Source: Octopus sinensis
Lineage: Eukaryota
Direction: 5' to 3'
Assembly: GCF_006345805.1 (NCBI RefSeq)
Contig: NC_043000.1
Span: 1,860,001-1,924,000 of the forward strand
DNA: 64,000 nucleotides
Positions 25,501 through 62,369 of this stretch are shown here, piece after piece. A program made the translations under genes and the position numbers. The notes beneath the pieces were generated by a model. That model searched no databases, was not told the origin of the DNA, and saw only the letters and a list, made by a program, of their open reading frames with translations. The first letter of the stretch is position 1. Each line of letters starts with the position of its first letter.

Positions 25501-27436
25501 TTGGTCTGCAAAAAAAAAAAAAGCTAAGGAATAAAATATTAATCCCTGTAACATTTTCCCTTTAATTTAAGTATGTAACAAGGCTAAGTAAGCATAGTCC
25601 TTGTGTGGCTGAAAAGTAAGACATTCTTATGTTACCAGTTTTTTATAGAAACAACAGCACAACCTATGTTCTAAGTATCCTGGACGGTTTTGCTCTCCAA
25701 GATTGTGTAAACCATCTAATGTCAACTGCCGCTTGAGTGTAGGGCTGACTGTGGTTTAGTACTGTATATTGTATTCTAGGCTTAAATAGTTGGGAATTCA
25801 TTTTTCAATTCTGCTAGTATGGCCCTTGGTCTTTGTCTCCAGTGACCTGGCAGCAGAAGTGGTTGCCTAATGATCACAAATGGTGTGCACCTGGACCTAG
25901 CTACTAAATTTTTCCTGCTTCCACTTAGTTGTCAACAGCCTTGCTAACAATTGAGAAGATGGTAAAGCCCTGAGCAGACTGGAAAAAAAATGATGTGTAG
26001 TCAGGTGGTCTCTACAGTGCCAAGATCAAATACTGTCACAAGAGTATCACTACTGCTGCTGCTACTACTACTACTATCCCTATTACTACCACCTTTGTTA
26101 TTCCCTGACCCCTCTCTCATCTCTTCTGGCCAGAATGATAGTCATGCTACTACTGAACATACAGTTGGCTACAAAAGATCCTAGAGATTTTTTTCTTTTT
26201 ATTTTTTATTTGTATTTTTTTAATTATATGTATATATATACATATATATGCATATATATGTATACTTCTTTTATGTTTGAAATTCTCTTTCTGCTGCTTT
26301 ATTAAAGCCTTTTACAATTTTTTTCTTCCAATCAGAACTATTTTCTGTTGTATTTCTTTTGATTTGTGCCCTTTTGTTCCATTGTGTCTAATGTTCTTAC
26401 AATGCATCCGACCCCTTTCTTTTGTGCCTTCCTAATCTGTTCACTGATTTCACTGAGAACTAGTTTTAAATGGCACACTTCCCCATATCTCTCTCTCTCT
26501 CTCTCTCTTTCATTAAAAAGCTGGATTATATTGATGTCATACGAGAGGAGAATTTGTTTTTGTTCTTTTGTTTTTCTCCAAATAAAGTCCTTACCTGAAA
26601 TCCGATTCTCTTCTCTCTTCACAGAACAGAAGAACATTATCCATATTTTAACCCTTTAGCATTTAAACCAGCCATATCCGGCCAGAAGTATTCTGCCTGT
26701 TTTATGTTCAAACTGGCCAGATCTGGTCTCTCACACCAACCCTACAATATCATTTAAAAAAATTAACAGCTACTTCTTCAAAATCTCATAGCTACAAGAT
26801 AATGCATGATTAGTTCAAAGCAATGTGGATAAAAAAAGGATTAATTTTGGCAGAATAATGCGAACACTAAAGGGTTAAACTTTATGGAACTGATTTTTGC
26901 CATCTCAGACTATCATTTACTTTTTCAAGTTCTGGTATTTAACTTTATTTTTAATATCTCTTTCTTTACTACCCACAAGGGGCTCAACACAGAGAGGACA
27001 AACAATGACAGACAAACAGATTAAGTCGATTATATCGACCCCAGTACGTAACTGGTACTTATTTAATCGACCCCGAAAGGATGAAAGGCAAAGTTGACCT
27101 CGGCGGAATTTGAACTCAGAACGTAGCGGCAGACGAAATACCGATAAGCATTTCGCCCGGCATTCTAACGATTCTGCCAGCTCGCCTTTATTTTTAATAT
27201 CAGTTAGTCATTCACTGTGGTTGAGAAACCTAATCAGTCAGATTGCTATGACCATTGTGTTCTTTCACTAAATAAGGAAGTAATCCTTTTTGTCAGAATC
27301 TGAATGGTTAACTGTAGTTAGAGCATTTAGTTTGTTGACAGTCCATGGTTATACATTCATTGCTAGCTGCCAGTTATAACTAATTTACTGTCAACAACGT
27401 CATACTGTAATGACTGTTTATATGCAACAACATTAA

Positions 27437-27657
27437 CCCTTTCGTTACCAACCCGGCTGAAACCAGCTCTGGCTCTTTAGTACAAATGTCTTGTTTTCAT
27501 AAGTTTTGAATTCAAATCTTCCACTAAATCTTAGTCACAATTTATGTTCCTAACACTAGCTTAATGATAACGATGTTATTTTGCTAAATTCTTTGTTATT
27601 TTTAAAATAATTGGAAGAAACACAGAGCATCTCAAAATATATACAGTAACGAAAGGG
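27437..27657 (+). mobile_element. piggyBac-type MITE family 2 (TTAA|ccctttcgttac...gtaacgaaaggg|TTAA)
   Basis: Terminal inverted repeats plus TTAA; copies at 52921-53141(-) and partial 3113-3333(-). Confidence 0.85.
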
Positions 27658-28083
27658 TTAAAACCACTCATATACAGTTGTTACATTAACTTTTCCTTTG
27701 TTATTTTGTTATAATACTAATATATCTTCTCAGAGTCTCTTGTTGTGTACATTTATGACCTGAATGCCCCACTCTGCTTTTGCCACACCTCTCTTACAGT
27801 CATGCATCAGTGAGTAGGTTGTACATGTACAATGTGAGACTTCAAATACTTAATATCATTAGGAAGGTGGTAAACTGGCAGAATTGTTAACACATTGGAC
27901 GAAAATGCTTAGTTGCATTTCATCCAACTCATTGCATTCTGAATTCAAACTCACCTTTCATCCTTTCAGAGTCAATAAAATGTGTACCAGTCAAATACTG
28001 GGATCGATGTTGACAATTTGCCCCTTCCTCAAAATTGCTGGCCTTGTGCCAAATTTAGAATGAGGTATTATTATTATAATGTA

Positions 28084-28425
28084 ATGAGGCGCATGGCTCA
28101 GTGGTTAGAGCGTCGAGCTTACGATCGTGAGGTTGTGAGTTCGAATCCCGGACCGGGCTGCGTGTTGTGTTCTTGAGCAAGACACTTTATTTCACGTTGC
28201 TCCAGTTCACTCAGCTGTAGAAATGAGTTGCGACGTCACAGGTGCCAAGCTGTATCGGCCCCTTTGCCTTTCCCTTGGACAACATCGATGACGTGGAGAG
28301 GGGAGGCCGGTATGCATGGGCGACTGCTGGTCTTCCATAAAACAACCTTGCCCAGACTTGACCCTCAGAGGGTAACTCTCTAGGTGCGAACCCATGGTCA
28401 GTGTCTGACCAAAGGGGGTCACCAC
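28084..28425 (+). mobile_element. tRNA-derived SINE family E
   Basis: Head gaggcgcatggctcagtggttagagcgtcgagcttacgatc...gttcgaatccc; second copy at 36140-36476(-). Confidence 0.88.
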
Positions 28426-28430
28426 CATAT

Positions 28431-28622
28431 GTAATATATAATGGAGTAAAGTGAAAATAACAGACTATGATGTTTTCTTAATGGCTACAATCCATCTACT
28501 ACTGTACAATTTTTTAGTTTCATCTCAGATCAAATCACTCATACAAACGTTTGGATTAGATTGGATTGCCTATGTTCAGTTCACTGCAAGATGAAGGCTT
28601 CAAGTTCTCTCTCTCAACCACA
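28431..28622. repeat. ~192-bp direct repeat, second copy at 29913-30106
   Basis: Near-identical sequence (gtaatatataatggagtaaagtg...tcaaccaca) 1.48 kb apart. Confidence 0.9.
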
Positions 28623-29194
28623 GTGTGATGTAGAAGCTGTGAATTTGAGCTTCAGATCATATTGCTATGATGAGCCTGTTCTGTCACACTTGCTTGATAT
28701 GGCTTATCAGAGGGGTGCAGTTGTTTTCGTTCCTTTTTTTCTTCTATACTCTTAACCAGGAGTATTTTAAGTTGATTACATCGACCCTCAAATGCTCAAC
28801 CTTATTTTATCAACCCCCAAAAGGATAAAAATCAAGTCAGTCACAGCAGAATTTGAACTCGAAATGTAAAGACAGATGAAATATCACTAAGCATTTTGTC
28901 AGCTTGCTGCCAAACATAAAATAGAAATTTTTAAAAATAGGCCACTTCATCAGCTGAACTAGGAAACCGTTATCTCCACTCAAATTGATTTGATGCAATT
29001 AACCTAAAGGCTTTCTACATTTCTCTACAGGTGACAATCTACAGAAATTCTAACTGAACATGAATTGCCTTGTTCTAAATGATGTGAAGAATAGGTTGTG
29101 TAAGGGTGTTATGTAGCTAACAAAATTGCCCCATCAGGCATCATAGAAATACTAAATATTTTGAGAAGAGTTGTTAAGATTATAATTTTCTAAG

Positions 29195-29602
29195 TTACTC
29201 TTTTACTGGTTTCAGTCATTTGACTGCGGCCATGCTGGAGCACCGCCTTTAGTCGAGCAAATCGACCCTGGGACTTATTCTTTGTAAGCCCAGTACTTAT
29301 TCTATCGATCTCTTTTTGCCGAACCGCTAAGTGACGGGGACGTAAACACACCAGCATCGGTTGTCAAGCAATGCTAGGGGGACAAACACACACACACAAA
29401 CATATACACACACACTTATATATATATATACATATATACGACAGGCTTCTTTCAGTTTCCGTCTACCAAATCCACTCACAAGGCATTGGTCGGCCCGGGG
29501 CTATAGCAGAAGACACTTGCCCAAGATGCCACGCAGTGGGACTGAACCCGGAACCATGTGGTTGGTTAGCAAGCTACTTACCACACAGCCACTCCTGTGC
29601 CT
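29195..29602 (-). mobile_element. SINE family A copy
   Basis: near-identical to 461-868. Confidence 0.9.
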
Positions 29603-30109
29603 AAGTTATTAACTTCACCTTTAGTATACGTCTTTATACAATGTTTGCCCTCTTGATCATCATCAGTTGTTCTAATTCTGGATAACTCTGTAAATTTGTG
29701 CCTGACTAGAAACCTCTCAGCTGTAAACTAAAGGCAGAACAGCTATTATTTCAGATGTTGATTCCGTAAACAATCCTTTTTCTTTCTTTTTTTTTAGTTA
29801 TCTTATTGTCAGCCTAACTGGTTTGCTCCCTCCAATAAAGACCATATTGTCAAGTGGCTTGTCCTCTATAAATGCAGGGTGTTCAGGCTAAATTTGGCAG
29901 TTTGCATAAAAGGTAATATATAATGGAGTAAAGTGAAAATAACAGACTGTATGATGTTTTCTTAATGGCTACAATACATCTACTGCTGTACAATTTTTTA
30001 GTTTCATCTCAGATCAAAGCACTCATACAAACGTTTGGATTAGATTGGATTGCCTATGTTCAGTTCACTGCAAGATGAAGGCTTCAAGTTCTCTCCTTCA
30101 ACCACATGC

Positions 30110-30650
30110 AAAAATATGTATTTTAAAAATTATCAAATAGATTATGGCTGAGATGTAACAGTTTACCCGAAGTAGCTACCCTCAGTTTCCACCATGGTCT
30201 CGAGATGGCTCCAGAACCTGGCACATGCATTTCTCACCGTCTCGCTGTGAAGATCTTCAAACACCTCTTTGATCTTGACCAGCAGTTGATGTCTTTCTCA
30301 ACCACATACACACACACTACTCCATAGAATTACAATCGGGGGAATTAGGTCAGAATTTGGAACTAATGTGAAGTCACAGAAATTCTCCAACAACTGCTTC
30401 TGACTCTCCAGAAGTATGGCAAGGAACCGAACTCTGCTGCTTTTTCTTGTTCTTCCAGCAGTAACCCTTTCCATGTAGGGTTTGACCACAGTTTCCAGCA
30501 GCCTCACACAGCTGTTTGAACTGAAACTAAAGCCCTGTCCAAAGATGTTGGATAAATTCCAGAATGCCTATTATGTCCGTTCTTGCTGCCCCCAGTTTCG
30601 TAGTCTCCATTGCAGCTGTCCATATCATGTCTTGCCGCCTTTTACAGTGT
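30110..30650 (-). mobile_element. Tc1/mariner (maT/DD37D-like) transposase 3' remnant
   Basis: IFGQGFSFSSNSCVRLLETVVKPYMERVTAGR, LENFCD, PNSPDCNSME, KIKEVFEDLHSETVRNACARFWSHLE across frames. Confidence 0.75.
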
Positions 30651-31579
30651 TCACAGAGTATTGTGCAAGTTATGCTGCAGGCATTTTGATATCCAGAGCA
30701 AATGATCATGATACAGGTAACTTTTTTCCAATATTCAGATGGCTTCCAGTCCTAGATGTCAGCTAACATTTTCTCAACTACAATTTTAATCTTTATACTC
30801 CATTGCTGTTGACTGTTTACCATTAAGTTCTTCTTGAAAAAGGGAAACATCATCATCATCATCATCATTTAACGTCCGTTCTCCATGCTAGCATGGGTTG
30901 GACGGTTCGACCGGGGATCTGGGAAGCCAGAAGGCTGCACCAGGCTCCAGTCTTATCTGGCAATGTTTCTACAGCTGGATGCCCTTCCTAACGCCAACCA
31001 CTCCGTGAGTGTAGTGGGTGCTTTTTACGTGCCACCTACACTGGAGCCAGGCGAGGCTGGCATTGGCCACGGTCGGATTGGTGCATTTTACGTGCCACCG
31101 ACAAGGAATCAGTCGAGGTGGCGCTGGCATCGGCCACGAGTCGGATGGTGCTTTTTACGTACCACCAGTCCAGGGGTCCTGGCATCTGCCGGATGCCAGT
31201 CATAGGATTGGTTCAATTCGATTTCGATTTCACTTGCCCCAACATGTCTTCGCAAGCAGAGGGGGTTGGCATGGGTGCCAACATGAAAAAAAATCAAATT
31301 GAGCCCAGACACAAGTATTTACAAAATACTCCTGTTACCGTATTGAGTGCAAATCCAATGTTACAGCTAAACAAGTAAATTATGCAGCTGGCCAGCAACT
31401 TGCACCAAATGCAAAGGTCTGTTGTTAAAGCAGGTGTTATTGTTGCTTGATAGTGCACACCCACATTGTTGAAAGATGGGGTTCGGAGTTTCCGGAACAC
31501 CCTGCATGCAGTGCAAGTCTCAACCCTTTCAGCAACCACCTCTTTGCCCCACTCAAACATCCTTTATTAGGTCATCAAT

Positions 31580-31953
31580 TTACTCTTTTACTTGTTTCAG
31601 TCATTTGACTGCTGCCATGCTGGAGCACCGCCTTTAGTCGAGCAAATCGACCCTGGGACTTATTCTTTTGTAAGCCCAGTACTTATTCTATCGGTCTCTT
31701 TTGCCAAACCGCTAAGTGACGGGGACGTAAACACACCAGCATCGGTTGTCAAGCAATGCTAGAGGAACAAACATATACATACATATATACGACAGGCTTC
31801 TTTCAGTTTCCGTCTACCAAATCCACTCACAAGGCATTGGTCGGCCCGAGGCTATAGCAGAAGACACTTGCCCAAGATGCCACGCAGTGGGACTGAACCC
31901 GGAACCATGTGGTTGGTAGGCAAGCTACTTACCACACAGCCATTCCTGCGCCT
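31580..31953 (-). mobile_element. SINE family A copy
   Basis: near-identical to 461-868. Confidence 0.9.
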
Positions 31954-33109
31954 ATACTAAGGATAAAGAAGCAAAAAAAGCAGTGCGTAAATGGCTGTGG
32001 AAACCTCTGATAGAATAAGTATGCTTGTAGAATATCAGCAATCTGATAGAATAAGCATGGAAGAAGTGCATTGAAAAGTAAGGAGACTATGTTGGAAAAT
32101 GATGTAATTGTTCAACCTTGCTTTTGTTTTAATAAATTACAGAAGGGTACATATAATTTTTAACTTACAAATACACACACGTGTGTATGTGTGTAAAGCA
32201 AGGTGTCTTTTTACATCAAAAGTAACTTGGCCATATAATAAAATAAGTATTTTTTTTTTATATGAACAACTAAAGACTTTGAAAGCAGTACCATATCATA
32301 ACTGCAGTTCAATGACTGAAACCAGTAAAAGAGTTGAGTAGAATATACTCAGTTCTATGTCTTTTGCATTACACTTCTTTAGATATCAGAATATTCAAGC
32401 CATGAAGATTTCCAAACTATTACTTTCCATGTATGGTTCTTTCAGTGGGCTGAGTATATGGCACTTTTCATAATTATCCAATATGGGTCATTGGGTGTAG
32501 CCAGAAACCTGCTTCAGAGGGGGGCCAGGCTACTGAATTTTTTTCATCCTTCATATAAAAAAACAAATAGAATTTTTCCTTAAATGTCTTTAATTCTCCA
32601 AAATGTGACCATTTGCATCACTGTGAAAACTACCAAATTTCATCATAAGAAAATATAATTTTTTTAACTGATTTTTATTTTTTTTTTAAATCAACAAAAA
32701 AGAGAATTGTTTCTTTCAGATGTTTGTTAGAAATATCTAGACGAACATAGGACGATTTTGTATTTGATAAATAATGTAGTAGAACTTCTGATAGCTATCA
32801 GAACTCCATGTCCCAACACTGGCAAAACTTAAGGAAACTATGAAGAGGAGTTACCTTAGACAAGTTGTATAAAAATTGTAATCCTGATTGTAATCAAATA
32901 TATTTGAAGACAGAAGAATCAATTAAAAATTAAGCTCTACAGATTGTTTATTAAAAAAAAAAATTGTCCTAGATGATTTGTTGAGAGAAGAGTATTTAAT
33001 GTGGAACTTGTCCTTTCCACCAGATTGCAATACAGCTTGGTCAATGGTCGAAGTTGTTATCGGCTATTGAGAGATGTAACGAGTGATAATGTCCTGTATG
33101 GTTATTTCA

Positions 33110-56759
<23,650 letters not shown>

Positions 56760-56768
<9 letters not shown>

Positions 56769-56950
56769 CTTAATGTTCCTGCAGACGAGAGATATGACGG
56801 TGTGAGTTTAGTAAAGTCTCCACCCAACAACTCGTCCGTTGTTCCACCCACTTAACACGGTTTTTCAGAACAGCTGCCCCCGCAATCTCATTGAGTATTA
56901 TCGTTTCAAGTTACACGTAAATTAATTTATATTGATATCCGAACTACAAG
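56760..56950 (-). promoter_or_regulatory. PDHB 5'UTR/proximal promoter; YY1-like AAGATGGCAGC overlapping the start codon
   Basis: Locally CpG-richer unique sequence upstream of the ATG. The motif is one mismatch from the YY1 consensus AAGATGGCGGC. The TSS cannot be determined from sequence. Confidence 0.3.
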
Positions 56951-57646
56951 CAAGATCGCAAAATATTTGTAAACCCTTAATATAGTGAACGATGATACAT
57001 GTTTTTCTTTTTTCTATATGTATTTTTCTATTCGTATATATGTATATATATTGGAAGGTTTGGAGATGATGTACAGGTATTATATATTAGAAAAAATATA
57101 TAAATAAATATCTATAAATATGAACCATCCGATCTGATTACCTCATTTTTTCTAATATGTATATATATATGTCTGTATTTGTCCCCCTAGCATTGCCTGA
57201 CAACCGATGCTGGTTTGTTTACGTCCCCGTCACTTAGCGGTTCGGCAAAAGAGACCAATAGAATAAGTACTGGGCTTATAAAGAATAAGTCCCGGGGTCG
57301 ATTTGCTCGACTAAAGGCGGTGCTCCAGCATGGCCGCAGTCAAATGACTGAAACAAGTAAAAGAGTAAAAGAGTAGGATCTATGTTTTTTCATATATAAA
57401 TGTTAAGAACAGAATAACACCCGTGTAGAGTTCACAGGAGTACACACATATTACGTAAAACTTGATGTATACAGGGTGTATGTGCGTGTTTATGGGGTAT
57501 ATTTCTGGGATTTATTAGTCCTCGGAAACATGGTCAAGCTCCTTAGGATAAAGAACTTAAAAGGTATCAATATGTTATAAATTTATCCAAAAGCAACGAG
57601 TCGCGGTTTCATTGTTTTGCGAGAGCGCGTCTCCCCCCTCTTTCTT

Positions 57647-57689
<43 letters not shown>

Positions 57690-58801
57690 AGATAGATTCA
57701 TGGATAGATGGACGGACGAACGGATGAATAGACGGATAGATAGATAGATAGATAGATAGATAGACAGAAAGATAAACAGACAGCCAAAATCCTCAGCGTT
57801 GCCCGGATCAAAGTTTCGAGGAATCCGTGTTCAAACTGCCACTTAACTTTACTTTTTTCTTTTTATCAATAAATTCGAGATAGTGTTTTGGACTAATAAC
57901 TGACGTAACTTTTTTTTTTCAGAAGGATTTTTCTTGGATCTTTTTTTCATGTATGTTTTAAACTGTAAATTTTGCAAAAAAAGGAAAAATTGCACAAAAG
58001 AAAAAGTCGTAAATTCAGTTATTCAAACTTTCTGCATTTAGCCCTAAACGTTAATGGTAACTCTAAGCTCTGTACCCTAAACCCAAACTTTATATCGCCA
58101 ATTCTTAATCCCTAATCCCTAACTTTTTTATTTATTTATTTATTTATTTTTGCATATCATAATCCATTTTTGAAGCATAATTCTGAAAGCAAAATCTGAA
58201 GAAAACAATTCAAAAATGAAAAAAGTTACAGCTGGGTGTGGAAATAGGAAAAAGGAAATTTTGAAAAGCTTTTATTTGAAGAATATCATAGGTGCAGGCA
58301 TGGCACTGTGGTATGAAGTTTGCTTTCCAATCACATGATTCCGGGTTCAATCCTAGTCTGTGACACATTGGGCTAGTGTCTTCTGCTATAACTTCAGACT
58401 GACCAAAGCCTTGTGAGTGGATTTGGTAGACGGAAACTGAAAGAAGCCCATTGTGTGTGGCGTGTTTATGGAGGGTGTCTTTGTATCTGTGTTAGAGCTC
58501 CTTCGCTGCTTGACACCCAGTGTTGTGTGTTTACATTCCCATAACATAATGATTCGGCAAAAGATAACGAGAAGACGCACCAGGTTTAAAAATAAAAGTA
58601 CTGGGGTCAACTCATTCAGCTAAAATTCTTCAAGACGGTGCCCCAGCTTGGCCAAAGTCTAATGACTGAAACAAGTAAAAGATAAAAGGTAAAACTATAG
58701 AAACCCAAAGAAATTTTGAGAAAAAAATATAAAAATTGCATTTGGTGCTGAAGTAGATCATTGGATCAGTTCATAGTTTCTTTGGGAAACTACACAATAC
58801 T

Positions 58802-60235
58802 CTGTAGCATATACTCTAGTGAAATTCCTCTCTTCTTTATTATATATACATACATATGACTGTAGCAGATAACAGCTAACCTTTAGCTGCTATTTGGACC
58901 CCATTGTGTCCACCACTCTGATTGGTTGGTATTGGCACGATTTGTCTCTTACTCTATTGTGCCAATATGCAACCTAACCAATCAGAGTCCCTAAATAAGA
59001 TCACCTGAGACAGCCTGTTCACAATCCAATTTGAGCCTACTGTTATCTATAAAAACTCAACTTTTCTTCGTCTCGAGGTCTTTGGTTCCAGACCTTCTAA
59101 GGTCTAGCCACTGACCACACGACACAACCAGACAATACACATTCAACAGCATTGCAGCGATCTCCACCTTTGTTGCCACCATCATGTCTCTCACCAATGT
59201 TGTCAACAACATCTCTAGGTACACAGCACCAGCCACACTGCACAGGTTCTAACATAGCACTGTTCATGAACTACTTCACCATGGTTAACAACAAACATAC
59301 AGCCTGTGAGAACTGTACAAGTGACCCAGGTAGCAGCATTACAGCTATAATTTCATACGACCCATATCGCAACCAGCTCTGCATCATCACCACAACATCT
59401 TGATACAGTATTTCTATCACCGTGTACAAGTGACTACGAATTGGTATTTCTCATTCATGCGTCTATGAACATTCCTCTAACTTCTCATTTTAGACTTTCA
59501 CTTTCTTCCTCTTCATTGTTCTTATATGTACCGAACACACACACAGACACACATACACTTTGTTCTTATGACAGCCTATCATTTATTTTGTATAGATGAA
59601 CATCAATGGAATTTGTATCTTTGTGGTACCAGTACCGGTGGCACATAAGAAAACGATCTGAACGTGGCCGTAGCCAGTACCGCATCGACTGGCCTCCGTG
59701 CTGTGGGCACGTAACAAACACCATCTGATTGTGGCCGTTCGCCAGCCTCGTCTGGCACCTGTGTCGGTGGCACATAAAAAACACCATCCAAGCGTGGCCA
59801 TTCGCCAGCCTCGTCTGGCACCTGTGTCGGTGGCACATAAAAAACACCATCCGAGCGTGGCCGTCTGCCAGCCTCGTCTGGCACCTGTGTCGGTGGCACA
59901 TAAAAAACACCATCCGAGCGTGGCCGTTCGCCAGCCTCGTCTGGCACCTGTGTCGGTGGCACATAAAATCACCCACTACGCTCTCAGAGTGGTTGGCGTT
60001 AGGAAGGGCATCCAGCTGTAGAAACACTGCCAGATCTGACTGGCCTGGTGCAGCCTTCGGGCTCCCCAGACCCCAGTTGAACCGTCCAACCCATGCTAGC
60101 ATGGAAAGCGGACGTTAAACGATGATGATGATGATGACATGACACACATGTTAACATACCAATAAAACCTCTCTCCAAACATTCTACTCGGTTGTGTCTC
60201 TTCTCTTTTCCAACTGGCACATTATATGTATTATT
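58802..60235 (+). repeat. LTR-like direct repeat copy 1 (copy 2 at 60641-61088 + 63921-63993)
   Basis: Both begin tgtag, share ~400 bp with CCAAT boxes and tctataaaaa, and both end with aataaa...cattctac..ttgtgtctc..caactggcac.ttat. Confidence 0.6.
59585..60137 (+). mobile_element. Family C retroposon with RTE-type 3' end (gtggttggcgttaggaagggcatccagc...catgctagcatggaaaacggacgttaaac(gat)n) and internal ~59-bp tandem repeats
   Basis: Copies at 5381-5830(-), 30848-31278(-), 37990-38365(+), 39160-39480(-), 40920-41385(+), 46370-46625(-), 48835-49197(+), 51990-52353(+); fragments at 33905-34080, 35785-35945. The RTE partner is inferred from the (GAT)n tail type. Confidence 0.85.
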
Positions 60236-60287
60236 TCAGCCTTCTGATATGAATCGTTATTAGATGGTCACACTACACATCACCTTC

Positions 60288-60492
60288 ACCATCTATAATT
60301 GGTGACCCGATGTGGAACATGCACCACAAACTACTATCTATAATTGGTGACCTGACGTGGAACATGCACCATGGACCACTATCCATAATTGGTGACCCGA
60401 CAGGGAATATGCACCATGGATCACTATATGTAATTGGTGAACCCCAACCTGATACACGCACCATGGACACTATCTATAATGGTGACCTGACT
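60288..60492 (+). repeat. 45-bp tandem repeat, ~4.5 copies, each containing a tggtgacc(c)gacgtg-like motif
   Basis: Units start near 60290, 60335, 60380, 60425, 60470. Confidence 0.9.
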
Positions 60493-61142
60493 TAAAAATG
60501 CATTCTTTTCTGTAGTTCAGTGCCATCTTTCATTTTACTTCAATGGCCAACTGTTCTTTGTAATTTCACCTCTTCACTATAGAAATATCTTCCTTTTAAC
60601 GTCTATTTTGTCTTCCACAAAATGACTTGTGAGGGGCTGTCTGTAGAGTACACTCTAGTGAAATTCTTCTCCCCTTTATTCTATATACATACATACATCC
60701 AAACGTAGCAGATAACAGCTAACCTTTGGCTGCTATTTGGACCCCGTTGTGTCCACCACTCTGATTGGTCGGCATTGGCACAATTTGTTTCTTACTCTAT
60801 TGCGCCAATATGCAACCTAACCAATTGGATTCCCTAAATAAGATCACATGAGACAGCCTATTCACAGTCTAATTTGAGCCTACTCTTATCTATAAAAACT
60901 CAACTTCTTCGTCTCGAGGCCTTTGGTTCCAGACCTTCTACGGTCTAGCCACTGACCACACAACACAACCAGTTCTAGTGACAACGCCAGACAACACCTG
61001 TCCAACAGCATTACAGTGATCTCCATCCTCATTGCCAACAACATCTCTACGTACACACCTATACTCACACAGATGCTTGTAAATATATATTATTCACACT
61101 ATTTACATTTGATGGATATTTGTCCTCATCTTGTTTGTTGTT

Positions 61143-61188
61143 AACACAACGTTTCAGGTGATATACCCTCCAGCCTTCTTCAGGTGTC
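61143..61188 (-). ncRNA. Minimal hammerhead-like motif in the tRNA-headed palindromic element
   Basis: GACAC-CUGAAGA-AGG(C)UG-gagggtatat-CACCU-GAAAC-GUU/-GUGUU; the decayed twin at 63795-63840(+) has stem II GGCUG/CAGCC. Confidence 0.7.
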
Positions 61189-61240
61189 TTGGGGAAATTT
61201 CGAACCTGGGTTTTCATTCCTAAGGTATTTTTTGATGTTG

Positions 61241-61300
<60 letters not shown>

Positions 61301-61340
61301 TATTATTATTATTATTATCATTATTATTATTATTATTATT

Positions 61341-61484
61341 CAGGTCACTGCCTGGAATCGAACTTGGAATCTTGGGGTTAGTAGCCTGCACTCTTAACCA
61401 CTATACCATATGCCCGTGGTGTAGTGATTAAGAGTACGGGCTACTAATCCCAAGATTCCAAGTTCGATTCCAGGCAGTGACCTG
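61341..61484. mobile_element. Head-to-head pair of tRNA-like SINE heads forming a 69-bp-arm palindrome, (AAT)n on both sides
   Basis: 61341-61409 is the reverse complement of 61416-61484 (6 mismatches); A-box tggtgtagtg, B-box gttcgattcc. Confidence 0.85.
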
Positions 61485-61506
61485 AATAATAATAATAATA
61501 ATAATG

Positions 61507-61542
<36 letters not shown>

Positions 61543-62369
61543 TGAGATCAAGAAGAAAAAAGGGAGTCATCTGTTCTACATGGATGATCTGAAAATGTAC
61601 TCAAAAAATGACGAACAACAAGGTCTTCTTGCTACAGTTAAAAAGTTCATTGATGATATCAGGATGCAGTTTGGACTGGAGAAACGCATGAAAGCCACTT
61701 CCATAAGAGGCAAACTGGCATGTTCTGCAGATATCCACGTAGATACAGAACCAAGAATCCGAGCACTGGACCAGGAAGAAGCATATAAATACCTTGGCAT
61801 AAACGAAAGTAACGGCACAAAACATTCAGCAATGAAAGAGATGATTAGAAAAGAGTACTACAGGAGAGTACGGTTAGTGGATGGATGGAAGCACTCCGTC
61901 GGTTACGACGACGAGGGTTCCGGTTGATCCGAATCAACAGAACAGCCTGCTCGTGAAATTAACGTGCAAGTGGCTGAGCACTCCACAGACACGTGCACCC
62001 TTAACATAGTTCTCGGGGATATTCAGCGTGACACAGAGAGTGACAAGGCCGGCCCCTTGAAATACAAGTACAACAGAAACAGGAAGTAAGAGTGAGAGAA
62101 AGTTGTGGTGAAAGAGTACAGCAGGGATCACCACCATCCCCTGCCGGAGCCTCGTGGAGCTTTTAGGTGTTTTCGCTCAATAAACACTCACAACGCCTGG
62201 TCTGGGAATCGAAACCGCGATCCTATGACTGCGAGCCCGCTGCCCTAACCACTGGGCCATTGCGCCTCCACTAGTACGGTTAGTAACAAAGACTGAACTC
62301 AACGCTGCAAACAAAATAGAAGCCATTAACACTCTTGCAGTACCAATCATAACTTACAGTTTCAACATA

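Noticed and set aside
57780-58140. Helitron-like non-autonomous element (cagcgttgcccgga start, ccctaa-type repeats)
   Set aside because: Only short motif resemblance; no clear 3' hairpin/CTRR end and no second copy.
61065-61431. Poly-Ile/Leu/Asn ORFs (also 7653-7856)
   Set aside because: (ATT)n/(AAT)n microsatellite translations.
61580-61927. 115-aa ORF as a gene (also 44395-44637)
   Set aside because: Chimeric read-through: LINE RT fragment, or PDHB exon 6 plus intron, running into SINE D.
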